A DNA stretch of 63,238 bases, filler included, from Chthonomonadaceae bacterium (GCA_035650735.1; 3 parts of 3 records of this genome joined end to end with filler, not necessarily neighbours in it); one strand, 5' to 3'; positions 19,432 through 28,932 are shown, counted from the first letter of the whole stretch. Numbers and translations are program-made. Notes: generated by a model from the letters alone, not told the origin.

Positions 19432-20568
19432 CTAGATGGCCTGCTCGTAGAGGGCGCGCATGGTCTCGGCGTTACAGGGCTTGGGGTTGTTCAGGTAGCA
19501 GCCGTCCTGCAATGCCTTCTCGACCATCGCCGGGATCGTGTCGGCGGTGATGCCAAAGCTTCGCAGCTTGTCGGGAATGCCGATGGACTCGTTGAGGTCC
19601 CGCACCCACTGCACGACCGCTTCCGGCTCGCGCGGCAGATCGAGCGTCTTGGCGATGTCGCGGTAACGGTCGGGGCAGGAGTCGGCGTTGTAGTCCAGCA
19701 CGTAGGGCAGCAGGACGGCGTTAGCCATGCCGTGGTGCATCCCGCCGATGGAGGAGAGCGGGTGCGCCAGCGAGTGGGTGACGCCCAGGCCCTTCTGGAA
19801 GGCCGTCGCGCCCATGATCGCCGCCATCATCATATCGGCGCGGGCGTCCAGGTCGCCGCCATTCTCCACGGCGCGGCGCAGCGATTTGGCGCACAGGCCG
19901 ATGCCGCCCAGCGCGATGGCGTCCGCCAGCGGGTGATAGGGCTTGGCCAGGTACGCCTCGATGTTGTGGGTGAAGGCGTCCATGCCGGTGGCGGCGGTGA
20001 TCGTTGGCGGCATGCCTTTAGTCATCTCCGGGTCGCAGACGGCATAGTTGGGCATGAGATAGGGGCTGAAGATGACGGTTTTGCGGTCGGTGGCCTTACA
20101 GATGATGACGGTGCTGCGCCCGACCTCGCTGCCGGTTCCGGCGGTCGTGGGGATGGCGATCATGGGCGGCATATCGTTGCTGATCTTGGCATCCCCGCCG
20201 AAGTTGTCGTCGTACTCCTCCAACGCCAGATCGTGGGTGACGCGCAGGCGGATGGCCTTCGCGCCGTCGAGCGGGCTGCCGCCGCCCACGCCGACGATAC
20301 AGTCGCACCGCTCCACGCGGTAGGCCATAATGCCCTCGTCCACGTTGGCTTCCGTCGGATTGGGCGAAACGCCATCAAAAACAACGGTCTCCACTCCTGC
20401 CGTATCCAGCGCGTTGCGCACCGGGGCGATCAGCCCGGCCCCCGCCACGCCCTTATCCGTGACGAGCAGGGCGCGTGTTCCGCCCAACTTCTGCGCCAGC
20501 GGCCCCACTTCCTGCACCGCGCCCACGCCAAAGACAATATTTGTAGGAAAAGAAAAACGCGAAATCAT
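19432..20568 (-). CDS. Iron-containing alcohol dehydrogenase
   Basis: GGGSPLDGAK, IPTTAGTGSEV, GMDAFTHNIEAY, HSLAH, HHGMANA. Confidence 0.93.
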   Translation of the reverse strand: MISRFSFPTNIVFGVGAVQEVGPLAQKLGGTRALLVTDKGVAGAGLIAPVRNALDTAGVETVVFDGVSPNPTEANVDEGIMAYRVERCDCIVGVGGGSPLDGAKAIRLRVTHDLALEEYDDNFGGDAKISNDMPPMIAIPTTAGTGSEVGRSTVIICKATDRKTVIFSPYLMPNYAVCDPEMTKGMPPTITAATGMDAFTHNIEAYLAKPYHPLADAIALGGIGLCAKSLRRAVENGGDLDARADMMMAAIMGATAFQKGLGVTHSLAHPLSSIGGMHHGMANAVLLPYVLDYNADSCPDRYRDIAKTLDLPREPEAVVQWVRDLNESIGIPDKLRSFGITADTIPAMVEKALQDGCYLNNPKPCNAETMRALYEQAI

Positions 20569-20593
20569 GGACAAAATCCTCTCTTTATCCTCT

Positions 20594-20695
20594 GCCGCAA
20601 AGAAGCGTAAATAAACACAAATAAAGACAGAGAATTAGCAAAGTCAGAACTGCGAAGAGGGCGGTTATTTGCGTCCTTTTGTGCTCCTTTGCGGC
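20594..20695. repeat. Imperfect inverted-repeat element (REPIN/MITE-like)
   Basis: GCCGCAAAGAAGCGTAAATAAACACAAATAA ... TTATTTGCGTCCTTTTGTGCTCCTTTGCGGC. Confidence 0.7.
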
Positions 20696-22053
20696 TAAAT
20701 GATCTCGAAGTAGCGGCGCAGTTCCCAATCGGTCACGGCCTTCTCGAATTCACGGCACTCCCAATCGCGGGTCATGCAGACGTGAGAGACGAACGGCTCC
20801 CCGAACCACTCGCGCGCCAGGGCGCTCTGGCGCATCCGATCGGTGGCGGCGGCGAGCGAGCGCGGCAGCGTGGGCGCCTGCGACTCGGCGTAGGCGTTTC
20901 CGGCGGTGGGCGGGGTCGGCTCCAGGCGGTTCTGAATGCCGTGCAGCCCGGCGGCAAGGCAGGCGGCCATCGCCAGATGCGGGCAGGCGTCCGCACCGAC
21001 CACGCGCGTTTCGATGCGGGTCGCTTTAGGCGAAGTGCCGGGAATCAGGCGCAGCGCGTTGGTGCGATTTTCGATTCCCCAGGTGGCCGTCGTCGGCGCC
21101 CAGAAGCCGGGCACCAGCCGCTTGTAGGAGTTGATGGTCGGGCAGATGAGCGGCATCAGTTCCGGCAGCGCCTGCTGCTGGCCCGCAAGATAGCGCCGCG
21201 CCACCTCGGAGCAGCCGTACTGGCCGTTGGGATCGGCAAAGGCATTGGCGCCCGTTTCGGCATCGGCAAGGCTCTGATGAATGTGCCCGCCGCAGCCCGG
21301 CATCTCCTGGCTCCACTTAGCCATGAACGAGGCCAGCAGCCCTTTCCTGGTGGCCAGCTCCTTGACTGCCAGCTTGAAGATCCCGGCCTTATCCGCCGCC
21401 GCCAGCGCGCTGTCGTACTGGATGCACGCCTCAAACGCTCCCGGCCCGGTTTCGGTATGCAGCCCTTCGACCTGCACGCCGAAATCGGCCAGCGAGTCCA
21501 TCAGCAGGTGGATGAACTCCTGGCGGGCCGAGGCGCGCAGCAGGCTATAGCAGAACATCCCCGGCGACTCCGGGCGCAGACCGCGAAACTCCTTCTGATG
21601 GACTGACTCCGGCGTCTCCTCGAAGACAAAGAACTCGTACTCGGCGGCCATGCGCGGCACGAAGCCCATCGCCTCCGCCCTGGCGACGATACGCTTGAGC
21701 GTCTGGCGGGGGCAGAAGGGTAGGGGCGTGCCGTCCTTCTGATAGAAGTCGGCCAGGGCGAAGGCCGTGCGCGGCTCCCAGGGAACGGCGCGGAACGTCT
21801 CCGTGTCCAGGCGGGCCACCAGGTCGGGGAAGCCAGTGTGCCAGCCGGTGAACTCGCCTTGGTCGTAGAGGTTGTCGCCGCAGTCCCAGCCGAAAATAAC
21901 GTCGCAGAAGCCGAAGCCGTCCTTGACCGCCGAAAGGAACTTTTCCTTTGAGATATATTTGCCGCGCAGCACGCCGTCGAGGTCGAACCCGCCGACCTTG
22001 ATCTTGTTGATGTGTTGCTCGGCAAGCAACGCTTCGATTGCGGTAATGTTCAC
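20695..22053 (-). CDS. Glutamine synthetase-like gamma-glutamyl-amine ligase
   Basis: DLDGVLRGK, AEYEFF, HTETGPGAFE, GGHIHQS, NSYKRL, ENRT, RIETR; GTG start at 22053 with GAGGGAGG RBS. Confidence 0.9.
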   Translation of the reverse strand: MNITAIEALLAEQHINKIKVGGFDLDGVLRGKYISKEKFLSAVKDGFGFCDVIFGWDCGDNLYDQGEFTGWHTGFPDLVARLDTETFRAVPWEPRTAFALADFYQKDGTPLPFCPRQTLKRIVARAEAMGFVPRMAAEYEFFVFEETPESVHQKEFRGLRPESPGMFCYSLLRASARQEFIHLLMDSLADFGVQVEGLHTETGPGAFEACIQYDSALAAADKAGIFKLAVKELATRKGLLASFMAKWSQEMPGCGGHIHQSLADAETGANAFADPNGQYGCSEVARRYLAGQQQALPELMPLICPTINSYKRLVPGFWAPTTATWGIENRTNALRLIPGTSPKATRIETRVVGADACPHLAMAACLAAGLHGIQNRLEPTPPTAGNAYAESQAPTLPRSLAAATDRMRQSALAREWFGEPFVSHVCMTRDWECREFEKAVTDWELRRYFEII

Positions 22054-22199
22054 GCTCGACCTCCCTCTCGATAGTCCGACGGCGCTGCCGGGGGGGTGCA
22101 CGAACACTTGCATTGGGCCATCTTCGGATTCTAGTGGCTTGCTTCTATTCCGGCCCATCAGCCCGATTTCCTGCCTCGTTAAGTAACCCGTCCGTAAGT

Positions 22200-22260
22200 G
22201 CGGCAGGCTAAACCCTGCCGCTGTGGGGCGCAGAGCGCCCGCCGCCCACTTGCGTGGGCG
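22200..22260 (+). repeat. REP family GCGGCAGGCTAAACCCTGCCGCTGTGGGGC
   Basis: Near-identical copies at ~31062, ~31466 (inverted) and ~53911. Confidence 0.85.
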
Positions 22261-22312
22261 GAAAAGGCATCGCCACGAAAGGGCAGGGACTCTTTAAGAA
22301 TCTGAGGGCTTG

Positions 22313-22694
22313 TCAGGGGTTCTCGTTTAACCATTCTCTATAAGCGTTACGCAGACGACGACCTATTATCATGCCGACAATATGACGGGTTCTCGTTTAA
22401 CCATTCTCTATAAGCGTTCGCAATAGACATGGCTCTGTCCTTGAATGCGTCTGTCCTGTCCATCTGCTCCGCAATTCGAATGATTAGTTCCATGAACCTT
22501 CGAAAGCCTTGTCGGTCCGGAATAGGCATCTCCCAGCCTGCTCCGGGGCCACCCCACATATCAAGGGTATTTAACAATCTCCGAAATTCTGTAGCATCAT
22601 CGGCGTTGTTAAGCAACATTTGAACGAATTTAGCTTACGCAGGATAGTTATGCTTGATGAGGATCGACTTCAGTTCTTCTAACTCAGGAATCAT
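22313..22694 (-). pseudogene. AT-richer small hypothetical gene with internal nonsense codon and a 3' duplication/insertion
   Basis: MIPELEELKSILIKHNYPA*AKFVQ is in frame with MLLNNADD...WGGPGAGWE...NAYREWLNENP; TAA at 22635-22637; probable original TGA at 22313-22315. Confidence 0.65.
22317..22418. repeat. Perfect 32-bp direct repeat flanking 38 bp of unique sequence
   Basis: GGGTTCTCGTTTAACCATTCTCTATAAGCGTT at 22317-22348 and 22387-22418. Confidence 0.95.
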
Positions 22695-22783
22695 CTTCGT
22701 CTCACAAGGGCTTGGCGTTCCGTTGCAGGAGACGCAGCGTATAGTGTCGTATAGCAGGGCGAGCAGATTATTCTCCGGCGGAA

Positions 22784-23665
22784 GTGAGGGAGCAGACATT
22801 GCATCCGCTCGCCATTTTATTAGTCCTGGTTTCTGCGGGACTGCATGTGTTTTGGAACTACCAGATCAAGCGCGCTGCCCATCCGGCGCTCTATAGCTGG
22901 TGGATTCAGGTCTATGGGGCGCTGCTGTGCGCGCCGATTGGTCTCTGGTTGGCCTGGCCGGTCTCCGTTCCGGCCGTGGGGTGGTACTGCGTGGCCGGCA
23001 CGAGCCTCTTCTACGCCGGCTACTATACGCTCATCGCCTATAGTTATCGCCGGGAAGACCTCTCGCGCGCCTACCCGATTGCGCGCGGCGTCGCACCGGC
23101 GGCAACGGCGGCCTGGGGCGTGCTCTTTTTTCGTGAGCATCCCAGCCCGCTCGGCTGGATCGGCATCGCGGCGATCTGCCTGGGCGTGCTGGCTCTCGCC
23201 TGGCCCATGCTGCGCGGCGGGACGGCGGCCCTGCCCATGATGGGCATTCTGGCGGCAATAGGCACGGGCCTCTGCACCTCAGGCTATTCCGCCGTAGATA
23301 AAGCCGGCGTCCAGCATGTGCAGCCCGTGCTGTATATCACTTTGACCTTTGCGGCGGGAGCGATCACGCAAGGCGCACTGCTCTGGCCCGGCCATAGTTG
23401 GCGGGCGTTCGCAAGGGAAGCGCGGCGCGGCGGCGCGGGGCTTCTGCTGGCGGCGACGGCAGGCGTCAGCGGCTACCTGATGATTCTGATCCTGCTCCAA
23501 CACCACGCGCCGGTCTCCTATGTCGTGCCGCTGCGCTCCTTCTCCGTGCTCATCAGCGTCTTTGTCGGAGCGCGCTACCTGCGCGAGACGGCGGGCATTC
23601 CCCGCTTTGCCGCCGCCGCCCTCATTCTGCTGGGCATTGCCTCCATTGCGCTGGCGCGCGCCTGA
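22784..23665 (+). CDS. EamA/DMT family transporter
   Basis: About 10 TM helices in two halves; SAGLHVFWN; YRREDLSRAYPIARG; YSAVDKAGV. Confidence 0.9.
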   Translation: MREQTLHPLAILLVLVSAGLHVFWNYQIKRAAHPALYSWWIQVYGALLCAPIGLWLAWPVSVPAVGWYCVAGTSLFYAGYYTLIAYSYRREDLSRAYPIARGVAPAATAAWGVLFFREHPSPLGWIGIAAICLGVLALAWPMLRGGTAALPMMGILAAIGTGLCTSGYSAVDKAGVQHVQPVLYITLTFAAGAITQGALLWPGHSWRAFAREARRGGAGLLLAATAGVSGYLMILILLQHHAPVSYVVPLRSFSVLISVFVGARYLRETAGIPRFAAAALILLGIASIALARA

Positions 23666-23763
23666 GCAGCACCGGGGCAGCCTTCACCTCCAACCGACCT
23701 CATCCCCAGGCGGGCAGCCGCAAGGGGGCTGCAGTTCTCAATAGTACGAGTGGTTATCGCGTG

Positions 23764-24681
23764 TCACGGCTCGATGACGGCTCGGAGCGCATACTCCCCA
23801 ATCGCGCGGATTTCCTCATCTCCGACATCCAGGCCGTAGGCGCTTAGCGTAGCGCCGTAGTGCAGCGCCCGAAACCGCGCACGATCCCAGACTGCGTCGT
23901 CTATTCCGCCATAGGCTTCCCGGAACAGAGGGCGCGCGGCAGGCGGCAGAAAACTGAAGGCGAGGGAAATATCCAGGGCCGGGTCGCCCAGGTGCACGTC
24001 GCCCCAGTCAATCACGCCGCACAGGCGGTGGTCGTCGGCTACCAGCAGGTGACGCGCATACAGGTCGCCATGGACCCAACAGGGCCGTTCCGCGTGCGGA
24101 GGCGTGACGGCCAGGCGATCCAGGAGGTCGAGGAGCGCCGAAAGGTGGATGTCCGGCAGGTAGGGCGCAATGGCTTGCAGCCGCTCCCGGATCTTTGGCG
24201 CGCGAAAGGGCAGGTCTGCGCGCCGGATGTCGTCGTGGGGAGCCGTCGCATAGGTCTCTGCCGTGACGGGAATACGATGCAGGGCGGAGAGAAATCGCGC
24301 CAGCGCCGGAGCGGTTTGCGCTCGCTCCGCCTCCGTCCAGGCGAGCCGACAGGCCGTTTTCCCAGGGATCAACGCATAGCCTGAGAAGGGGTAGGGGCGG
24401 TCGGGCGTGGGCTGGCCGACAAAGCGGGGCCAGGGGATGGGCAGGGGCACGTGCGGCGCCAGGCGGGGAAGCCAACGGCTTTCCCGCGCGATCAGCGCGG
24501 CGGCGACCTGGCGGCGCGGGAAGCGAAACACGAACTGCCCATTGACCAGAAAGGCCACATTGTCCCAGCCGACGCCGAGGGGTTCCAATCGCGCCGGAGC
24601 CAACGCGCCGAACTGTTCCTCAATCCAGCGCGCGGCGTCCTCCTGCGTGATCTCGATATCCGCCTTCCATATCGGAGCCAT
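23764..24681 (-). CDS. Aminoglycoside phosphotransferase (APH)-family kinase
   Basis: GWDN, VFRFPR, HGDLYARHLL, GVIDWGD, GDPALD. Confidence 0.9.
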   Translation of the reverse strand: MAPIWKADIEITQEDAARWIEEQFGALAPARLEPLGVGWDNVAFLVNGQFVFRFPRRQVAAALIARESRWLPRLAPHVPLPIPWPRFVGQPTPDRPYPFSGYALIPGKTACRLAWTEAERAQTAPALARFLSALHRIPVTAETYATAPHDDIRRADLPFRAPKIRERLQAIAPYLPDIHLSALLDLLDRLAVTPPHAERPCWVHGDLYARHLLVADDHRLCGVIDWGDVHLGDPALDISLAFSFLPPAARPLFREAYGGIDDAVWDRARFRALHYGATLSAYGLDVGDEEIRAIGEYALRAVIEP

Positions 24682-24910
24682 CGTTGCCCTCTTCAGCCCT
24701 CCAACGCTCGCGCCAGGCCGGAATCATTCCACTCTCACATGCGCAAGATCAAAACGCCCATCCGATGTCATGGACTCTATTTTCTCGGCGCGGTCCTCGT
24801 ATGCCTTTCCGCTTTTTCCCTGACGGGCGGAGTCGAGAGGGTGTGTGGCCATCGGGTCACTATTCTAAGGGGAGAGATCCCAAAGCTTTGGCCCATCAGG
24901 AGGAAGAGCC

Positions 24911-25279
24911 ATGAACCGCGTCGTTCACTTCGACCTTCCGGTTACAGACCCGGAGAGATCTATCCAGTTCTACTCGGACGTTTTCGGCTGGAAGTTCCAC
25001 AAATGGGAAGGGCCGATGGATTACTGGCTGATCACTACCGGGGAAGGCGCACCAGGAATCAACGGCGGCATGGGACGCCGTCAGGACCCTGCACAGACAG
25101 TGACCTGCACGATGGAGGTGGAAAATGTAGATGCCACCTGTCAGGCCATCGAAGCCGCCGGTGGGCAGATCATAATGCCCAAGATGGCGATACCAGGGGT
25201 GGGCTGGCTGGCCCAGTTCAAGGACCCGAACGGCCTGATCTCCGGCGTTATACAATCCGATCCCACGGCGGGGCAGTAG
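24911..25279 (+). CDS. VOC/glyoxalase family protein
   Basis: VVHFDL, FYSDVFGW, GINGG, FKDPNG; AGGAGG RBS. Confidence 0.92.
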   Translation: MNRVVHFDLPVTDPERSIQFYSDVFGWKFHKWEGPMDYWLITTGEGAPGINGGMGRRQDPAQTVTCTMEVENVDATCQAIEAAGGQIIMPKMAIPGVGWLAQFKDPNGLISGVIQSDPTAGQ

Positions 25280-25319
25280 AACACCTCTAGAATATCAATA
25301 GCCGTCTCTGAGGCTTTTG

Positions 25320-25363
25320 AAAGGCCGTCTCGGAATCTCGAACCAACTTCCAAGACGGCTTTT
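25320..25363. terminator. Probable bidirectional intrinsic terminator
   Basis: AAAGGCCGTCTCGGAA...TTCCAAGACGGCTTTT between convergent genes. Confidence 0.6.
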
Positions 25364-25436
25364 GGTTTTGATGCCCGCCCGAGTTCGGGGAGTAGCCCGG
25401 AAGACGAGGGCGATAGGACCGAGAGCAGGTAGGCCG

Positions 25437-27044
25437 CTAATGCTCGTACTCCGCCTCGATTCGTAGCAGCTCCTCCTGAGACTTGGCCTGCGGTACGGGG
25501 CCGCGGAAGCGCCCGCGCACGGCGGCAAAATAGAGGATGAGCAGCGCCACCAGCGTCCCCCCGAAGATATAGCCCGTAAGGGCGTTGGGCGGTAGGACGA
25601 ACAGCACGGTAATAAAGGCGATCCAGAGGACGCTGATGCAGGCGACCGGTACGCTCCAGTTACCCAGGCTCCAGGGGCCATTGGCGCGCTGATCCCAGAC
25701 GCCCTCACGGGTCGCTCTCAGCTTCAAGAAGATCGGCAGGCCGTAGGAGAGATAGAGGCCGATGGTGCTGATGCCCGTTACCGCCGGGTAGAGCTTGCCG
25801 AAGTCCAGGTCTTTGGGGCGCAGGGTGACAACGGCTAGAATCAGGCAGGGCAGCAGGAACGCGAGCACGGAGGCCAGCCACACGGCGGCGGCAGGCGTGC
25901 GGTAGCGACGGCTGACATTGGCCCAGACGCGGGCCAACGGCATCCCGTTGTCGCGGGAGAAGGCGAAGATCATGCGAGAGGTCGAGGTCACGCAGGAGAG
26001 GCCGCAGAACCACTGCGCCAGCGTCATGATCCAGATGATGGCGGCGGCGAGCCGGGGGTTGATGGCCTGCTCGAAGATATACTGGATCGGGTTGCTGGCG
26101 GCAGCTGCGGCGGGCAGGTCTTTAATCGCCAGGGTGATGAAGGTGAGCATGATATAGCCGAACAGCCCGGAGATGGCCACCGAGAGATAGATGCCCCAGG
26201 GCGCGCGCACACGGGCGTCTTTGGTCTCCTCAATGGTGTGCGCGGAGGCGTCGTAGCCGGTATAGGTCCACTGCGCTTGCAGCAGTCCGCCCAGGAAGAT
26301 GAACCAGAAGGGCTTGCTGGCGAGGTCCGGGCTGACGTAGGTCTTTGTGAACAGGTAGGAGAGCGGCTGCTTGGGCGCCCAGAAGGCCAGCGCGATCACG
26401 ACCACCAATACTCCCCCGATGTGGTAGAGGGCGCTGAAGTCATTGAGGCGGGCGACCGTGCGAATGCCGATGTGGTTCAGGATGGCGTGCGAGAGCAGCA
26501 GAACGGTAAAGACGATCATATAGCTGCGGATCTCGCTGCCGCTGCCGAACCAGGCCCCCAGGCCAAACGTCGGCTTGAGCAGCGGGGCCAGGAACGTCGC
26601 GCACCCGTAGTCAATGCCCGCGATAGCGGCGACCAGACCAATTAAGTTTAGCCACGCCGTCAGCCAGCCCCAGGTGGGCCCGCCCAGCAGCGACGACCAA
26701 TGGTAGAGCGCGCCGGAGGTGGGGATCGCCGAAGCCAGTTCCCCCATAGATGCGGCGATGAACAGCACGAACAGCGTCACCAGCGGCCAGCCGATGCCCA
26801 TGACGACCGGCCCGCCCGAATTCAGGCCCGTGCCGTAGAGCGTCACTGCGCCGGTCAGAATAGAAATAATGGAAAACGAGATGGCGAAGTTGGAGAAGCC
26901 GCCCATGTCGCGCAAAAGCTGCTGCGCGTAGCCGAACTGATGCAGCACCGCCTTATCGGACTCGAGTCTTGGACCCTGGACGACGGCGGACTCGGTCTCT
27001 ATCGTTTCGCCTGAGACGGGGCCGGCGTTTTTTAGTTCGCTCAT
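25437..27044 (-). CDS. APC-superfamily amino acid/amine permease
   Basis: FSNFAISFSIISILTG, ELASAIPTSGALYHW, QWTYTGYDASAH, SRMIFAFSRD. Confidence 0.92.
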   Translation of the reverse strand: MSELKNAGPVSGETIETESAVVQGPRLESDKAVLHQFGYAQQLLRDMGGFSNFAISFSIISILTGAVTLYGTGLNSGGPVVMGIGWPLVTLFVLFIAASMGELASAIPTSGALYHWSSLLGGPTWGWLTAWLNLIGLVAAIAGIDYGCATFLAPLLKPTFGLGAWFGSGSEIRSYMIVFTVLLLSHAILNHIGIRTVARLNDFSALYHIGGVLVVVIALAFWAPKQPLSYLFTKTYVSPDLASKPFWFIFLGGLLQAQWTYTGYDASAHTIEETKDARVRAPWGIYLSVAISGLFGYIMLTFITLAIKDLPAAAAASNPIQYIFEQAINPRLAAAIIWIMTLAQWFCGLSCVTSTSRMIFAFSRDNGMPLARVWANVSRRYRTPAAAVWLASVLAFLLPCLILAVVTLRPKDLDFGKLYPAVTGISTIGLYLSYGLPIFLKLRATREGVWDQRANGPWSLGNWSVPVACISVLWIAFITVLFVLPPNALTGYIFGGTLVALLILYFAAVRGRFRGPVPQAKSQEELLRIEAEYEH

Positions 27045-27187
27045 GGCTTCTCCCGTCCCAGAAAGCTCTGATGATGCTCTTCGCGGAACTGTTTCACGCT
27101 CTCGGCGGCCCGTTTCGCCAGCAGAAGCGCGCAGGCCGTTACCGCTACCAGCAGCGCCAGGCCGATTGCGACCCCATAATGCGCCAT
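27041..27187 (-). CDS. 48-aa single-TM small protein coupled to the permease
   Basis: MAHYGVAIGLALLVAVTACALLLAKRAAESVKQFREEHHQSFLGREKP*; AAGGAG RBS; stop overlaps permease start (ATGA); below ORF-track cutoff. Confidence 0.65.
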   Translation of the reverse strand: MAHYGVAIGLALLVAVTACALLLAKRAAESVKQFREEHHQSFLGREKP

Positions 27188-27309
27188 ATCTTTTGCTCCT
27201 TCGTGTTCTTGGCGACAGTTGCGACTCTGTTCTGCGCAGAATTCGCCGTGGGAACTAAACTCTCCTGTTTCTCATTTAAATCAGGGCCATTTAACCCGAA
27301 ACCAGAGCG

Positions 27310-27325
27310 TGTGAAATTTTTCACA
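27310..27325. promoter_or_regulatory. Rex (NADH/NAD+ sensor) operator upstream of ndh
   Basis: TGTGAA-ATTT-TTCACA matches the core of TTGTGAA-N4-TTCACAA; 120 bp upstream of NDH-2. Confidence 0.7.
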
Positions 27326-27444
27326 GGCCGGTAGTAGGCGCAGGGCTTTTCGGGTATCCTAGAATTAGAGAACACGCTTGCATGTAGGTAGGCTTCCGAT
27401 CTTGCTGCCGGGAAGGGCAAGCGGAGCCGCAGAGAGGTCTCACG

Positions 27445-28779
27445 ATGGACACAATGCAAAAGGATACGCTAAATAAAGCCAGACCGCAGGTGGTTATCGT
27501 CGGAGGCGGGTTCGGCGGGCTGCAAGCGGCCCGCGCCCTGCGCAACGCACCCGTGCAGGTGACAGTGGTGGACCGCACCAATCATCATCTGTTTCAGCCG
27601 CTGCTGTATCAGGTGGCGACGGCGGGCCTGTCTCCTGCCGATATTGCCGCTCCGATCCGCCATATCCTGCGCGGGCAGCGCAACGCCGAAGTCCTGATGG
27701 CGGAGGTGATCGGCGTGGACACGCAACAGCGGCGCGTGCTGCTGCACGATAATTGGCTGCCCTACGACTACCTGGTTCTAGCGACGGGAGCGCGGGAGAG
27801 CTACTTCGGCCATGAAGAGTGGGCGCAATGGGCCACCAGCCTGAAGAGCATTCCGGACGCAACGGACCTGCGCAGCAAGATTTTGCAGGCGTTCGAGGCG
27901 GCGGAACTGGAAACCGATCCCGAAGAGCGCGCGGCGCTCCTGACGTTTGTGCTGGTAGGCGCAGGGCCGACCGGCGTAGAGATGGCGGGCGCGATTGCGG
28001 AGCTGGCGCGCAAGTCGCTGGCCGGGGAGTTCCAGCGCTTTGATCCGCGCTCGGCCCGCATCCTGCTGCTGGAAGCCGGGCCGCGAATTCTGGCAGCGTT
28101 CACGGAAAATCTAGCGCACAAGGCCCACGAAGCCCTGACGCGGATGGGCGTCGAAGTCCGTACCAACTCGGCGGTCGAGTGCGTGGATGAGCAGGGCGTT
28201 ATCGTCAAGGGAGAGCGGATCGCCAGCCGCACGGTTATCTGGACGGCGGGCGTGGTGGCCTCGGCTGCCGGGAAGTGGCTGGATGTGGAGGTGGATCGCG
28301 CCGGGCGCGTGAAAGTAGCGCCGGACCTCTCGGTTCCGGCACATCCTGAGGTCTTCGTCATCGGGGATACCGCCTCGCTGTTCCAGGACGGAAAGCCGCT
28401 GCCGGGCGTCGCGCCGGTAGCGATGCAGCAGGGGCGGTATGTGGCCTCCGTGATTCGCAGCCGGGTCACAGGGAGGCCGACTCCCCCGCCGTTCCACTAT
28501 CACGACAAAGGCAACGTGGCGACCGTCGGGCGCTCGTTTGCCATTGTCGAGGCAGGACGGGCGCGCCTGAGCGGGTTCCTGGCCTGGCTGTTGTGGCTGA
28601 TCATCCATATTTTCTACCTGATCGGCTTCCGCAATCGGCTGCTGGTGCTGTTCGAATGGGCGTGGGCCTATTTCACTTTCCAGCGCGGCGCGCGGCTGAT
28701 TACACGCGAGAGCCCGCTAGGCAGGCCGCCCACGCTGCCCGCCGCCCCGGAGGAGCATTGCGCGCGCATCAAGGGATGA
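27445..28779 (+). CDS. ndh: Type II NADH dehydrogenase
   Basis: GGGFGG, HLFQPLLYQVAT, VGAGPTGVEMAG, IGD, PGVAPVAMQQG. Confidence 0.93.
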   Translation: MDTMQKDTLNKARPQVVIVGGGFGGLQAARALRNAPVQVTVVDRTNHHLFQPLLYQVATAGLSPADIAAPIRHILRGQRNAEVLMAEVIGVDTQQRRVLLHDNWLPYDYLVLATGARESYFGHEEWAQWATSLKSIPDATDLRSKILQAFEAAELETDPEERAALLTFVLVGAGPTGVEMAGAIAELARKSLAGEFQRFDPRSARILLLEAGPRILAAFTENLAHKAHEALTRMGVEVRTNSAVECVDEQGVIVKGERIASRTVIWTAGVVASAAGKWLDVEVDRAGRVKVAPDLSVPAHPEVFVIGDTASLFQDGKPLPGVAPVAMQQGRYVASVIRSRVTGRPTPPPFHYHDKGNVATVGRSFAIVEAGRARLSGFLAWLLWLIIHIFYLIGFRNRLLVLFEWAWAYFTFQRGARLITRESPLGRPPTLPAAPEEHCARIKG

Positions 28780-28785
28780 GGGGCG

Positions 28786-28932
28786 GCCCTCACCCCCTTC
28801 CCCTCTCCCACGCTGCGGGAGAGGGGAGAGACCTCACTGCCGGGGCCTTCCCCTCTGCTTCTCAAGGAGAGGGCAGAGCAGAAGCCGGGTCCCCCTTCCC
28901 TGTGAGCGAAGCGAACGTAGCAGGGAAGGGGG
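28786..28932. repeat. REP hairpin mosaic
   Basis: CCCTCTCCC-ACGCTGC-GGGAGAGGG and CCCCCTTCCCTG...CAGGGAAGGGGG. Confidence 0.8.

Noticed and set aside
11434..20610. Long antisense ORFs (11434-13353, 18154-20610; likewise 45361-47706, 60593-61825)
   Set aside because: Antisense shadows of well-supported genes, expected in high-GC DNA
23764..24681. APH gene as an antibiotic resistance determinant
   Set aside because: Belongs to a broad kinase family; no mobile context or specific similarity to support resistance
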